A stretch of 32,691 nucleotides of DNA. Origin: a virus. Positions within the stretch are counted from its first letter, which is position 1. The number at the start of each line of letters is the position of its first letter. The notes beneath the pieces were generated by a model, which was not told where the DNA came from, made no database searches, and worked only from the letters and a program-made list of their open reading frames with translations. Below are positions 1-7,297 of this stretch, one piece after another. The stretch is taken from the IMG/VR virus record IMGVR_UViG_3300045988_068683, one strand, 5' to 3'. Position numbers and translations under genes: made by a program.

Positions 1-55
1 GGTCGAATTCCACCGTCAAATCAACCCCGACGAGACGATGGTGTTCGACTTCGAC
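1..55. repeat. Terminal direct repeat, copy 1. Assembly overlap of a circular or circularly permuted genome.
   Basis: nt 1-55 are identical to nt 32637-32691. The repeat lies inside an ORF that reads across the junction. Confidence 0.9.
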
Positions 56-217
56 GATGAGCGAGTCCTGTTTCAGAACCAGTCGGATTTGAGCATGTTC
101 CTCACCGAGGAGAATTGGTTCCGTCCTTCGGGCGACGCGACGATACAGTTCACGCCGTTGGGCGTGCAGTCGGGAGAGCCGACTATGACGGTCGAATGGA
201 AGGAGGCTTGGCGGTGA
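1..217 (+). CDS. Distal tail protein (Dit-like), 3' part of the gene that starts at 32020 and crosses the junction
   Basis: The frame opened at TTG 32020 is still open at 32691. The same frame (codons from nt 2) runs to TGA 215-217, giving about 277 aa after removing the 55-nt duplicate. It is the first gene after the tape measure. Confidence 0.7.
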   Translation, partial: VEFHRQINPDETMVFDFDDERVLFQNQSDLSMFLTEENWFRPSGDATIQFTPLGVQSGEPTMTVEWKEAWR

Positions 218-1395
218 AAATCTATCTCGCGGATTTGTTGACTGGGCGCCGCATCATCCCTCTGCCGCACACGTCGGCGGAATGGGAGATGAAACTGAAC
301 GACACTGACTCGCTCACCGTCAAAGTGCCCATCTACGCTTCGTCCGGCGATACGCGCGTCCAATATATTGCGAACGATGCGCGACTGTTGGATTTGAGGA
401 ACACCGCCGCCATCGGCAAGACCGTCATGGTCGCCGAGGATGATGGGCTGACGGTCGGAGGAGTGCTCATGCGTCGAGACTATGACGCCGACTCTGGCAT
501 TCTTACCTTGGTTGCGTCCGGCATGTGGACGTATTTTGACCATCGGACGATTCTTCCGGCGAAGGCGATGGGCAAAAGCCTTATCAAGTCGGATGGCTCG
601 CCGGACACCCAATACGACACGCACTATAAGAACGTCACATGGAATACGGTCGCACGCAATCTCGTCGAACAGGCCATGAGCTGGCCCCACAGCAGCGTGC
701 CGGTCGTGTTGGAGACAGCGGAGGTCGGCAAGTCCGAAGCGAACTATCAGGCGGTCGATTTGAACTACGTCGGCGAAGTTTTGACGAACATCACGAACTA
801 CCAGAACGGTTGCGACATCGGATTCTTCCCAATGCGCACGGCCGACGGATTGGGGTATGAGTGGCATATGAAGACCGGCCATCCGCTGCTTGGCGGCGAA
901 ACCCACTATTTCAGCGCTTCGGCGCTGCAACCGGGCATCGCATCCCTGTCAGCAACGGATGATGGCGACAAGCTCGCCTCGCTGCAATGGTTCACGTCCG
1001 GTAAATCCGACGACACGACGCTCGTCGTGTCCGCCTACACGGATGTTCTGGAAAATGCGGGAGCGCCGATTTGGGAGAGCGTGGATTCCAGCCATTCGAC
1101 CGTGAAGCGACAGAACACGCTTCAGGCGTATGCGAACGAGGCCGCAGCCGTCTACTGGCAGCCGGTATCGTCCACTGAGGCGAAAGTGCATCGTGGATAC
1201 CTGCATTCGGTGAATCAGACGCTCGCCAACTATACGGTTGGCGATTATATCAGGTTCACGACGAAGGGCGACTGGTATTATGTGGACGGCGCGCATACGC
1301 GGCGCATCACCGGCATCAAAGCCGATGAAAGCTCGAATTGGATTACGTTCACCCTTGGTGACGTGTTCGACGGTGTGAAAGTGACGGTGGAATAA
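214..1395 (+). CDS. Tal-like minor tail / baseplate hub protein
   Basis: Track ORF 115..1395. Preferred start is GTG 214, in a GTGA overlap with the Dit stop and with GGAAGGAGG at 198-206. It is 393 aa and the second gene after the tape measure. Confidence 0.6.
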   Translation: MKIYLADLLTGRRIIPLPHTSAEWEMKLNDTDSLTVKVPIYASSGDTRVQYIANDARLLDLRNTAAIGKTVMVAEDDGLTVGGVLMRRDYDADSGILTLVASGMWTYFDHRTILPAKAMGKSLIKSDGSPDTQYDTHYKNVTWNTVARNLVEQAMSWPHSSVPVVLETAEVGKSEANYQAVDLNYVGEVLTNITNYQNGCDIGFFPMRTADGLGYEWHMKTGHPLLGGETHYFSASALQPGIASLSATDDGDKLASLQWFTSGKSDDTTLVVSAYTDVLENAGAPIWESVDSSHSTVKRQNTLQAYANEAAAVYWQPVSSTEAKVHRGYLHSVNQTLANYTVGDYIRFTTKGDWYYVDGAHTRRITGIKADESSNWITFTLGDVFDGVKVTVE

Positions 1396-2147
1396 TGGAA
1401 ATCGTAGTGCATCAGGGCGAGTCTGCTGACGGCACCCCCTTAGCGGCGGATGACGTGGATACTATCGACGTGAAGAATCCGGCTCAGGCGACCAACAAGC
1501 TCGTATCCACGTTGAACGAGTATGGTCGGCGCCTACGCGAATTGGAGAAGCCTTCCGGCTCGCAGTTGACTCAGGCGATTCAGAAGGTGTTGGATATCAG
1601 TGCGAACATCGACCAGACTGTGGCCGCATCCATCAGCCGGAACTCGTACGACCGGGCGACCATCGACCAGAAGTGCAATGCTTGGAATTGGGGTGTGCTG
1701 TCTACCGACCGTGGTGGCACGCATACGACGAACGCCTACAGCAATCTGTTCACGGTCGGCCCGTGGCGTGCGGTGTGGGCGTTGTCGGACGGCACGATGG
1801 GCACGTCGCAGTCCAGCCGCAAGGTGAAGCAGGATTTCATCGAGCCGGACATTACGTTGGAGCAGATGCGTTCCGTTGATTGGATGCTCTACCGTTTCAT
1901 CGACGATGTGAACCGGAACGGCGATAGTGCGACCATCCATGTTGGCATGATTGCCGAAGAGTTGGACGATAACGGCTTGGGGCTGTTCGTCGAGTATAAT
2001 GATGATTACGAGCCTGTTGGCATCAACTATCCGATGCTGGGCGTGTGGGCCATACATGAGGCACATCTCGCCCATGACCGTATCGACCGGCTTGAGGAAC
2101 GTTTGAAAGCGTTGGAAGGAAAGATTGATAATGGCGTTGAGGAATAG
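1395..2147 (+). CDS. Short tail fibre protein with C-terminal intramolecular chaperone (peptidase S74) domain
   Basis: TAATG start/stop overlap. The C-terminal part (SSRKVKQDF, DWMLYRFIDD, HVGMIAEELD, INYPMLGVWAIHEAH, then a coiled coil) resembles the auto-cleaving chaperone of phage fibres and spikes. Confidence 0.6.
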   Translation: MEIVVHQGESADGTPLAADDVDTIDVKNPAQATNKLVSTLNEYGRRLRELEKPSGSQLTQAIQKVLDISANIDQTVAASISRNSYDRATIDQKCNAWNWGVLSTDRGGTHTTNAYSNLFTVGPWRAVWALSDGTMGTSQSSRKVKQDFIEPDITLEQMRSVDWMLYRFIDDVNRNGDSATIHVGMIAEELDDNGLGLFVEYNDDYEPVGINYPMLGVWAIHEAHLAHDRIDRLEERLKALEGKIDNGVEE

Positions 2148-3102
2148 TATCTTCGCGGTGTCCGGTAATGCGTCGTTTCTAGATGCGCGCCGTGACATGA
2201 GCGGCCTGTTTGTCTGCGATAAGACCACGATGCTTCCGATTGCCGGTATTCTTGACCGTTCGCAGGATAATCTCGTGACCGGCAACAGCAATTCCATGGG
2301 TGTGACGGTGCATCCGTTCAACGCGGTGCTGAACCGTTACGGCGCGTTGCTTATCCAGAACGATGGCGATGTGAAAGTGCCGTTGAATGCTGCCCCGTCC
2401 GCTAATTCGCGTATCGACGTGGTGTATGTGAAGCAGCATGAGAGGCGCCCGCCAATGTCGGACGATTCGGATTTTCCTGTGTTCGGAGTTATGCAAGGCG
2501 TTGCCGCCGCGACGCCTGTGGCGCCCAGTGTTCCGGATGGCGCTTTGGCTTTGGCTCAGGTGCTGCTTCCGGCTGGCGTGTCGAACACGGCCGCTGCTGG
2601 CGTGGTCATCACGCAGACGTATATTGGTGCGGCCATGAAGGGTGACATGCTGCGTGTGCAGACTTCCGCCCAGCGTGACGCCTTGACCGAAGTGCCTGAC
2701 GGTACGTTGTTGCATAATGTGGCCGATAATTGCGATTATATCAGAAAAGACGATAAGTGGAAGTTCGAAGGATTCTTTACGGAGAGCAACCTTCTCAACA
2801 AGAACACTGCCGGATGGGATGTTGCGCAGATTCGCGGCGCCGTCCACAACGGCATTGCGAACGGGTTCTTCTGGGTCAATCGCGCCGGAGATTGGCGTAA
2901 CGCAAAAGCTTGGGATTCTTCGCACGTACTCGACTTCCCGGACTCTCTTAAGGCGAAAGGCATCGACCTGAATACCGCCACATCAAACAAGGATGTGGTG
3001 CTGCAAATCATCAACAACAGTATCAACATCCGTCCGACCGTGAACCGTGACTTCGTGAAAGGAGAGTGGGTTTCCGGCAGTTTCTCCTACCAGCTGGCGT
3101 AG
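2131..3102 (+). CDS. Tail fibre / receptor-binding protein. Its last 114 aa lie inside the invertible segment.
   Basis: ATG 2131 follows GGAAGGA (the track starts at TTG 2125). The N-terminal 210 aa look like an actinophage minor-tail shaft (RIDVVYV, LAQVLLPAG, DALTEVPDGTLL). The conserved junction ADNCDYIRKDDKW is encoded by the left inverted repeat. Confidence 0.7.
   Translation: MALRNSIFAVSGNASFLDARRDMSGLFVCDKTTMLPIAGILDRSQDNLVTGNSNSMGVTVHPFNAVLNRYGALLIQNDGDVKVPLNAAPSANSRIDVVYVKQHERRPPMSDDSDFPVFGVMQGVAAATPVAPSVPDGALALAQVLLPAGVSNTAAAGVVITQTYIGAAMKGDMLRVQTSAQRDALTEVPDGTLLHNVADNCDYIRKDDKWKFEGFFTESNLLNKNTAGWDVAQIRGAVHNGIANGFFWVNRAGDWRNAKAWDSSHVLDFPDSLKAKGIDLNTATSNKDVVLQIINNSINIRPTVNRDFVKGEWVSGSFSYQLA
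2722..2760. repeat. Inverted repeat, left arm (IR-L) of the fibre inversion segment
   Basis: gccgataattgcgattatatcagaaaagacgataagtgg matches the reverse complement of 3438-3476 at 36 of 39 positions. Similarity ends sharply at both edges. Confidence 0.9.
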
Positions 3103-3437
3103 TCCAATTGGAGGGCTTAGCCGATATTGTAGGTGAAAATGGTAGAAGCGGTGCGAGACCCTGAAGAGCCACCAGCATATTCGATGTACACGTTGCCGTT
3201 GTCTGCAACGCCTGCAACGGTCGGAGAATAGCTGTCTCTCGTTGGCACATAGACGCCTTCGGAGTTTACCGGATAGAATGCGGTGTTATTCACCTGCCCG
3301 ACAACCACCTTCGAACCCCAGCCGGTCAGATTGATGTTCGCGGTCAGCAGGTCGATGTTTCCCGTACCGCCAGAAGCCCACATATGCACCTTGTTCGCAC
3401 CGAGGTGAATGTCACGCCACGGCATGTTCCATCCGCG
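2761..3437. other. Putative invertible segment holding two convergent alternative fibre C-termini
   Basis: Bounded by the 39-bp inverted repeats. It contains the 3' end of 2131..3102 (+) and a start-less cassette on the minus strand. The two stops are 14 nt apart (3100-3102 and 3117-3119). Confidence 0.7.
3117..3425 (-). CDS. Silent alternative C-terminal cassette of the fibre gene. The reading frame actually extends through IR-R to 3476.
   Basis: The minus frame reads LADNCDYVRKGDKW-RGWNMPWRDIHLG...FTYNIG-stop. There is no ATG/GTG/TTG between the upstream in-frame TGA (3504-3506) and the repeat. ATG 3425, used by the ORF track, lies after the conserved junction. Confidence 0.65.
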   Translation of the reverse strand: MPWRDIHLGANKVHMWASGGTGNIDLLTANINLTGWGSKVVVGQVNNTAFYPVNSEGVYVPTRDSYSPTVAGVADNGNVYIEYAGGSSGSRTASTIFTYNIG

Positions 3438-3476
3438 CCACTTATCGCCTTTTCTGACATAATCGCAATTATCAGC
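3438..3476. repeat. Inverted repeat, right arm (IR-R) of the fibre inversion segment
   Basis: The reverse complement, gctgataattgcgattatgtcagaaaaggcgataagtgg, is in frame and encodes ADNCDYVRKGDKW. Confidence 0.9.
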
Positions 3477-3490
3477 TAAAATGGTGTCAC

Positions 3491-3862
3491 ATGAGCACTG
3501 ACATCATCGTCGCCCTAGTGACCGGATTTTGCGCCATCGTGGTCGCAGCGGTCACTTGGGCGCAAAACAGACGCGGCGACCTGAGCGAAGCCTACAGGCG
3601 GCTTTCGGAAGCCCAATTGAACATGCAGCGGGAAATCGACCGGCAGGACGAGAAGCTTGCCGAATTCATTCAGGAACGCGACGAACTCCGCTATCAGGAC
3701 GATTTGAAAACCTCCTACATTAGGGCGATTGGTCATTGGCTTGGCGAACTCTGCAACGTTCTCGACCCGGGGTTTCTGAAACAGTATCCGAAGCCAAGAC
3801 TTCCTGACGGTTTAAGGAGTACAATAGAACCGTTGGTAGACATCAACAGTAAGGAGCAGTGA
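3491..3862 (+). CDS. Membrane-anchored coiled-coil protein, first gene of the lysis cassette (function unknown)
   Basis: 123 aa with an N-terminal hydrophobic helix (IIVALVTGFCAIVVAAVTW), then a charged coiled-coil region. It sits directly upstream of the holin. Confidence 0.5.
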   Translation: MSTDIIVALVTGFCAIVVAAVTWAQNRRGDLSEAYRRLSEAQLNMQREIDRQDEKLAEFIQERDELRYQDDLKTSYIRAIGHWLGELCNVLDPGFLKQYPKPRLPDGLRSTIEPLVDINSKEQ

Positions 3863-4141
3863 ATGTTGTTCACCAAGGATTTTTGGGTTGACACGTTTGA
3901 GCGTGCAATCCGCACCGCATGTCAAGCCGCATTGTCGGCTGGCGTGGTCGGCGGCGCCGGCCTGTTCCAAGTGGATTGGCTGAACGTCTGCGGCATCGCC
4001 TTGGTCGCCGCCATTGCCAGCGTGCTGACGTGCGTGGCGTCGAGCGGCAAGACCGATTCAATCAGCCCGGCATCCTTCGTGATGTCCGATAAGGCGAAGG
4101 TAACTGGCAAGCATATCGCAGATACGGAGGTTTCGAAATAA
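3863..4141 (+). CDS. Holin (r1t-like family)
   Basis: 92 aa. FWVDTFERAIRTACQAAL followed by two hydrophobic helices is the r1t-type holin pattern. It abuts the endolysin. Confidence 0.75.
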   Translation: MLFTKDFWVDTFERAIRTACQAALSAGVVGGAGLFQVDWLNVCGIALVAAIASVLTCVASSGKTDSISPASFVMSDKAKVTGKHIADTEVSK

Positions 4142-5067
4142 TGAGGATTGTGGATATTAGCAATTGGAAGGCCGACATTGACGTTTCCAAGATTGACGCC
4201 GATGGCGTGGTAGTCCAGTGTACTTGGGGCGCGGGCGAATGTTCGAACGACCATGGTCTGGTGAATTCCGTGTGGACAGGCGCGGACGCGAAGATTCAGG
4301 CCGCAGCCAAGCGTGGTCTTGCGGTCGGATACATGCATTATATTCGTGGCGTCGGCGCTTCGGAGGAGGCGTATTTCTTCGCCGAACATACCAAGGGTTA
4401 TCTTGGCAAGTTCGTACCAGCCGTTGACTGGGAGGCGGACGATAACGCCGCTTGGGGCAATCGTGCCTATCTTGACGAGTTCCTTTACCAGTACATCCGA
4501 CTGACCGGTGTGAAGCCGCTCGTGTATGCGCAGCGTTCCGAAATCCCGTTCATCAAGGATATTTGCGCCAAGCATGATTGCGGCATTTGGGAGGCGTGCT
4601 ATGCTTCCATGGATGCGGTCGGCTGGCAGGATGCCGATTCCATTTGGTCGTATGTGGCGTATCCAATGCGTCAGTACACGTCGAACGGCCATATCGGAGG
4701 CTATGCCGGTTCGCTTGATTTGAACTATTTCGCTGGCGATAAGGCCGCTTGGGACAGGTATGCGTGTGTCGGCGCGAACACTCCCGTGAATCCGGCTCCG
4801 GTGCCGGTGGTTGACCCGTCTCCTGCCGTGGTCGCAACCACGTATGAGGTTACGGTCGACGCATTGAACGTGCGCACCGAACCGTCGCTGAAGGGGCAGG
4901 TTGTGGCAAGTTACAGTCGCGGCGAGAAGGTCGTGCTGGATGGTTGGGGTGCTTATGCTGACGGCTTCCTGTGGGGTCGTTATGTCGGCGCTTCTTCGGG
5001 CCAGCCGAGGTATGTCGCCATTGGCACTGAGTCCGGCAATGACTGGTATTTGACAATGTGCCGTTAG
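4141..5067 (+). CDS. Endolysin: GH25 muramidase plus C-terminal SH3b-like cell-wall-binding domain
   Basis: VDISNWKADIDVSKI...DGVVVQCTWG and DLNYFAGD are GH25-like. After a Pro-rich linker, YEVTVDALNVRTEPSLKGQVV...GEKV is SH3-like. Confidence 0.8.
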   Translation: MRIVDISNWKADIDVSKIDADGVVVQCTWGAGECSNDHGLVNSVWTGADAKIQAAAKRGLAVGYMHYIRGVGASEEAYFFAEHTKGYLGKFVPAVDWEADDNAAWGNRAYLDEFLYQYIRLTGVKPLVYAQRSEIPFIKDICAKHDCGIWEACYASMDAVGWQDADSIWSYVAYPMRQYTSNGHIGGYAGSLDLNYFAGDKAAWDRYACVGANTPVNPAPVPVVDPSPAVVATTYEVTVDALNVRTEPSLKGQVVASYSRGEKVVLDGWGAYADGFLWGRYVGASSGQPRYVAIGTESGNDWYLTMCR

Positions 5068-5126
5068 CCTGATACAATGAGGACTGTTGGAAGTTTTTCC
5101 AGCAGCCCTCCTTTGGTTTCTCCTCA

Positions 5127-5160
5127 GCCCCCGCACGGTTCATGCGGGGGCTTTCTCTTT
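5127..5160 (+). terminator. Rho-independent terminator after the lysis cassette
   Basis: Stem gcccccgca (5127-5135) pairs with tgcgggggc (5143-5151) around a 7-nt loop, followed by tttctcttt. Confidence 0.75.
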
Positions 5161-5314
5161 AATCATCTAACAGTACGCACATCACGTCGGCTACGACTGC
5201 CGTAGCCACGTATACGGTGAAGACGCGCGTGTCCCACGCGTCGCACGCCCACATGATGGCCGCGACGAATCCCAGCAGAGCGGCGTTGCAGATGATGAGC
5301 TTCAGGATTTCCAT
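5159..5314 (-). CDS. Small hydrophobic protein (51 aa, two predicted TM segments)
   Basis: Below the track cutoff. AAGGAGAG sits 9 nt before ATG 5314. Translation is MEILKLIICNAALLGFVAAIMWACDAWDTRVFTVYVATAVVADVMCVLLDD. Confidence 0.5.
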   Translation of the reverse strand: MEILKLIICNAALLGFVAAIMWACDAWDTRVFTVYVATAVVADVMCVLLDD

Positions 5315-5315
5315 A

Positions 5316-5684
5316 TCAGAACTTCTCTCCTTGCGCTTCCATCTTCCGCTTCATACGCCACACCTTGTGGTCTATCATGCGCCGCAAGTCGGATGATTTC
5401 AACCCGTAGATTTCGACCAGCAGGTCGAAGCATATCAGCGCGTCGGCCATCTCCTCATACAGGTTTTCGATAAGCTCGTTTCGGCCGACCATATTGGTCG
5501 GGTCTTCGGGATTGAAGCGTTTGAGCTTGCTGATTGCCTGAATGAGTTCGGCGAATTCCTCCATGCAGACGGTGGTTTGCGTGTCGGCGCCGTACCGTGC
5601 GATGCTTCGCATTTTCACGGCGCTTTCCTGTTCGGGGCTTAGATAGTATTTGCGGCTGTCACGCCAGTCTTGTTCAATCGCCAC
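5316..5684 (-). CDS. MazG-like nucleotide pyrophosphohydrolase
   Basis: 122 aa. EEFAELIQAISK and EEMADALICFDLL are the paired acidic helices of small MazG-like enzymes. GTG start. Confidence 0.6.
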   Translation of the reverse strand: MAIEQDWRDSRKYYLSPEQESAVKMRSIARYGADTQTTVCMEEFAELIQAISKLKRFNPEDPTNMVGRNELIENLYEEMADALICFDLLVEIYGLKSSDLRRMIDHKVWRMKRKMEAQGEKF

Positions 5685-5808
5685 CGCGCAACCTCCAACA
5701 TTTCGTACAGTACCCGTTGAGCAGGTACATTTCTTTCGTGGTGAGTTTTTTTAGGCAATGCTTGCATAGTTTCGGGTCGAGGTGTGCTAGTTTTCTAATA
5801 ACACTCAT
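5674..5808 (-). CDS. Mini zinc-ribbon protein (44 aa)
   Basis: Below the track cutoff. Translation MSVIRKLAHLDPKLCKHCLKKLTTKEMYLLNGYCTKCWRLRGGD has CxxC-N19-CxxC. Both ends overlap the neighbouring genes. Confidence 0.45.
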   Translation of the reverse strand: MSVIRKLAHLDPKLCKHCLKKLTTKEMYLLNGYCTKCWRLRGGD

Positions 5809-5953
5809 CGGGATACTCCAATCCTTCCTGTCTGTCTTCGTCCGTCAACGCTGAATCGATTTCCTGCTTGCAGGTTTCGCACAGCATTTCGGGATACCAT
5901 TCCTCTAATGTCATGTCTCGACCGCAGTCGAGGCACTGTCTGGGTGATTTCAT
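5795..5953 (-). CDS. Mini zinc-ribbon protein (52 aa)
   Basis: Below the track cutoff. Translation begins MKSPRQCLDCGRDMTLEEWYPEMLCETCKQEID... and has CxxC-N14-CxxC. It starts 2 nt after the dcd stop. Confidence 0.45.
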   Translation of the reverse strand: MKSPRQCLDCGRDMTLEEWYPEMLCETCKQEIDSALTDEDRQEGLEYPDECY

Positions 5954-5954
5954 A

Positions 5955-6494
5955 TCACACCTCCACCGCGGGCTGCGGAGCCTTCTGATGCTGATAGTGG
6001 CCGACCATGCCGTATGGTTTCACGGCCGCATCGTTCAAGTATTCGAACGACACCTGTCCGATTCGCATGCCGGGTGTCAGCATGATAGGGAAACTGTTCT
6101 CGTTTTTCAGTTCGACGGTGATGGTTCCGATGAATCCGGCGTCGATGAAGCCTGCGGTCACGTGCGTGCAGAGTCCGAGTCGGCCAAGGCTGCTTTTCCC
6201 GTCGAATCGTGCCATCATGTTGTCCGGGAGGCTGATTTTCTCCACGGTGGCACCTAGCACGAACTGTCCGGGCTGTAGCATGTAGCAATCGTCGATTTTG
6301 ACGGGTTTGGTGTATACGCCGTGCAGCGTGTGGTCGCCGCCGTCCGCGTAACCGTCTTCCATATCCTTGGCGTAGACGATTATGGTGTCCTGCAAGGTCA
6401 CGTCATACGAGTTGGGGTTCAACTGTTTTTCCGTGTATGGCAGGATGAGGTCTTGATGGTCCACGCACTGTTCGATGGTGATGTCGTTCAGCAT
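5955..6494 (-). CDS. dcd: dCTP deaminase (dUTPase-superfamily)
   Basis: 179 aa. GKSSLGRLGLCTHVTAGFIDAGFIGTITVELKN is the Dcd signature region. Confidence 0.8.
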   Translation of the reverse strand: MLNDITIEQCVDHQDLILPYTEKQLNPNSYDVTLQDTIIVYAKDMEDGYADGGDHTLHGVYTKPVKIDDCYMLQPGQFVLGATVEKISLPDNMMARFDGKSSLGRLGLCTHVTAGFIDAGFIGTITVELKNENSFPIMLTPGMRIGQVSFEYLNDAAVKPYGMVGHYQHQKAPQPAVEV

Positions 6495-6504
6495 TTTTCT
6501 CTCC

Positions 6505-6885
6505 TTACTCGTCGCAAAGGCGCTGCAACAGTTCTTTGTCGCTTATCGGGTTGATTTCATACAGGTACATTGCGCATGCGGATGGGTTTTCCATATTCGC
6601 TTCTGCTGGGAACCGTTCTTTGAGTTCCTGCACGGTCAAGCCGGTCAGCTTGGCGAACATGCTCCACGTCCAAGGGCTGGCCTCATAGTCGCCGAACGGG
6701 GTTTCTTCAAGGATGATGGCGTTGCCGAGATGCGTTCCTGTGAAGGCGTCGGTGAATATGAAAGCCACCGTCTCATATGGCGACAGAGATTCGCGGAGGA
6801 TGAAGCTTGTCTCCCCGGACTCTATCTTCTGCCATTCTTCGCGGCCTACTTTCAGCCTCGTCACATTGCGGTTATCGCTGGTCAT
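6505..6885 (-). CDS. ASCH/DUF3850-like PUA-fold protein (tentative)
   Basis: 126 aa. RLKVGREEWQKIESGETSFILRE resembles the N-terminal strand-turn motif of ASCH-type domains. Confidence 0.35.
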   Translation of the reverse strand: MTSDNRNVTRLKVGREEWQKIESGETSFILRESLSPYETVAFIFTDAFTGTHLGNAIILEETPFGDYEASPWTWSMFAKLTGLTVQELKERFPAEANMENPSACAMYLYEINPISDKELLQRLCDE

Positions 6886-7297
6886 TCTCTTCTCCTTCCT
6901 GCATGAACGACAATGCCATTACGAGGTAGGCGATGGCGTCCAGATACGAGTCTTCTTTTTTAAGGTCGTACTTGATGCGTTCGATTTTCAGTTCGGCCAT
7001 CATGATTGCCACGTCCACTTCAGCATCGTCGCAGCCGAACCACCGTTTGGAAATGTTTTGGAACATGGTGCGCGGATTGCCGTATTCCTTGGCTTTCTCA
7101 CCGTTGAGCATGTCGTTCACACGGACGAAGTTGTCGGCGATGCGCGTGTAGATGCCTGTCGGGGTGTTTGTGGTTTTCACAATCGGCGGGTCGATGAGGA
7201 TGTCGCTCAGGGTTTTCGGCCCGTGATAGTCGGATGGAATCGCCTTGTTGACGCCTTCCATCACCTCATCCCAATTGTTTTTCCTTGATGATGTCAT
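6872..7297 (-). CDS. All-alpha MazG-related / DUF6378-like protein (tentative)
   Basis: 141 aa. EYGNPRTMFQNISKRW...VDVAIMMAELKIERI...DSYLDAIAYLVMA resembles phage MazG-fold proteins. Confidence 0.35.
   Translation of the reverse strand: MTSSRKNNWDEVMEGVNKAIPSDYHGPKTLSDILIDPPIVKTTNTPTGIYTRIADNFVRVNDMLNGEKAKEYGNPRTMFQNISKRWFGCDDAEVDVAIMMAELKIERIKYDLKKEDSYLDAIAYLVMALSFMQEGEENDQR

Noticed and set aside
1-55. The 55-bp terminal repeat as a biological direct terminal repeat or cos end
   Set aside because: It interrupts the Dit reading frame, and its length equals a common assembler k-mer. It is more simply explained as a circularisation overlap.
73-930. Long antisense or alternative-frame ORFs across the structural and early genes, including 73..930, 2179..2925, 3922..5136, 12782..13870, 12742..13251, 23668..24282, 24282..25070, 25608..26708, 27848..28774, 28840..29811 and 30004..30645
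   Set aside because: Each is fully nested in, or antisense to, a gene with recognisable motifs. They lack RBS signals and have low-complexity R/G/A/V-rich translations. These are GC-rich shadow ORFs.
2722-3476. Diversity-generating retroelement (template/variable repeat) as an explanation for the duplicated fibre sequence
   Set aside because: The copies are inverted, only 39 bp long and in-frame synonymous. Their three differences are c/t, a/g and a/g rather than adenine-specific. No reverse transcriptase is encoded.
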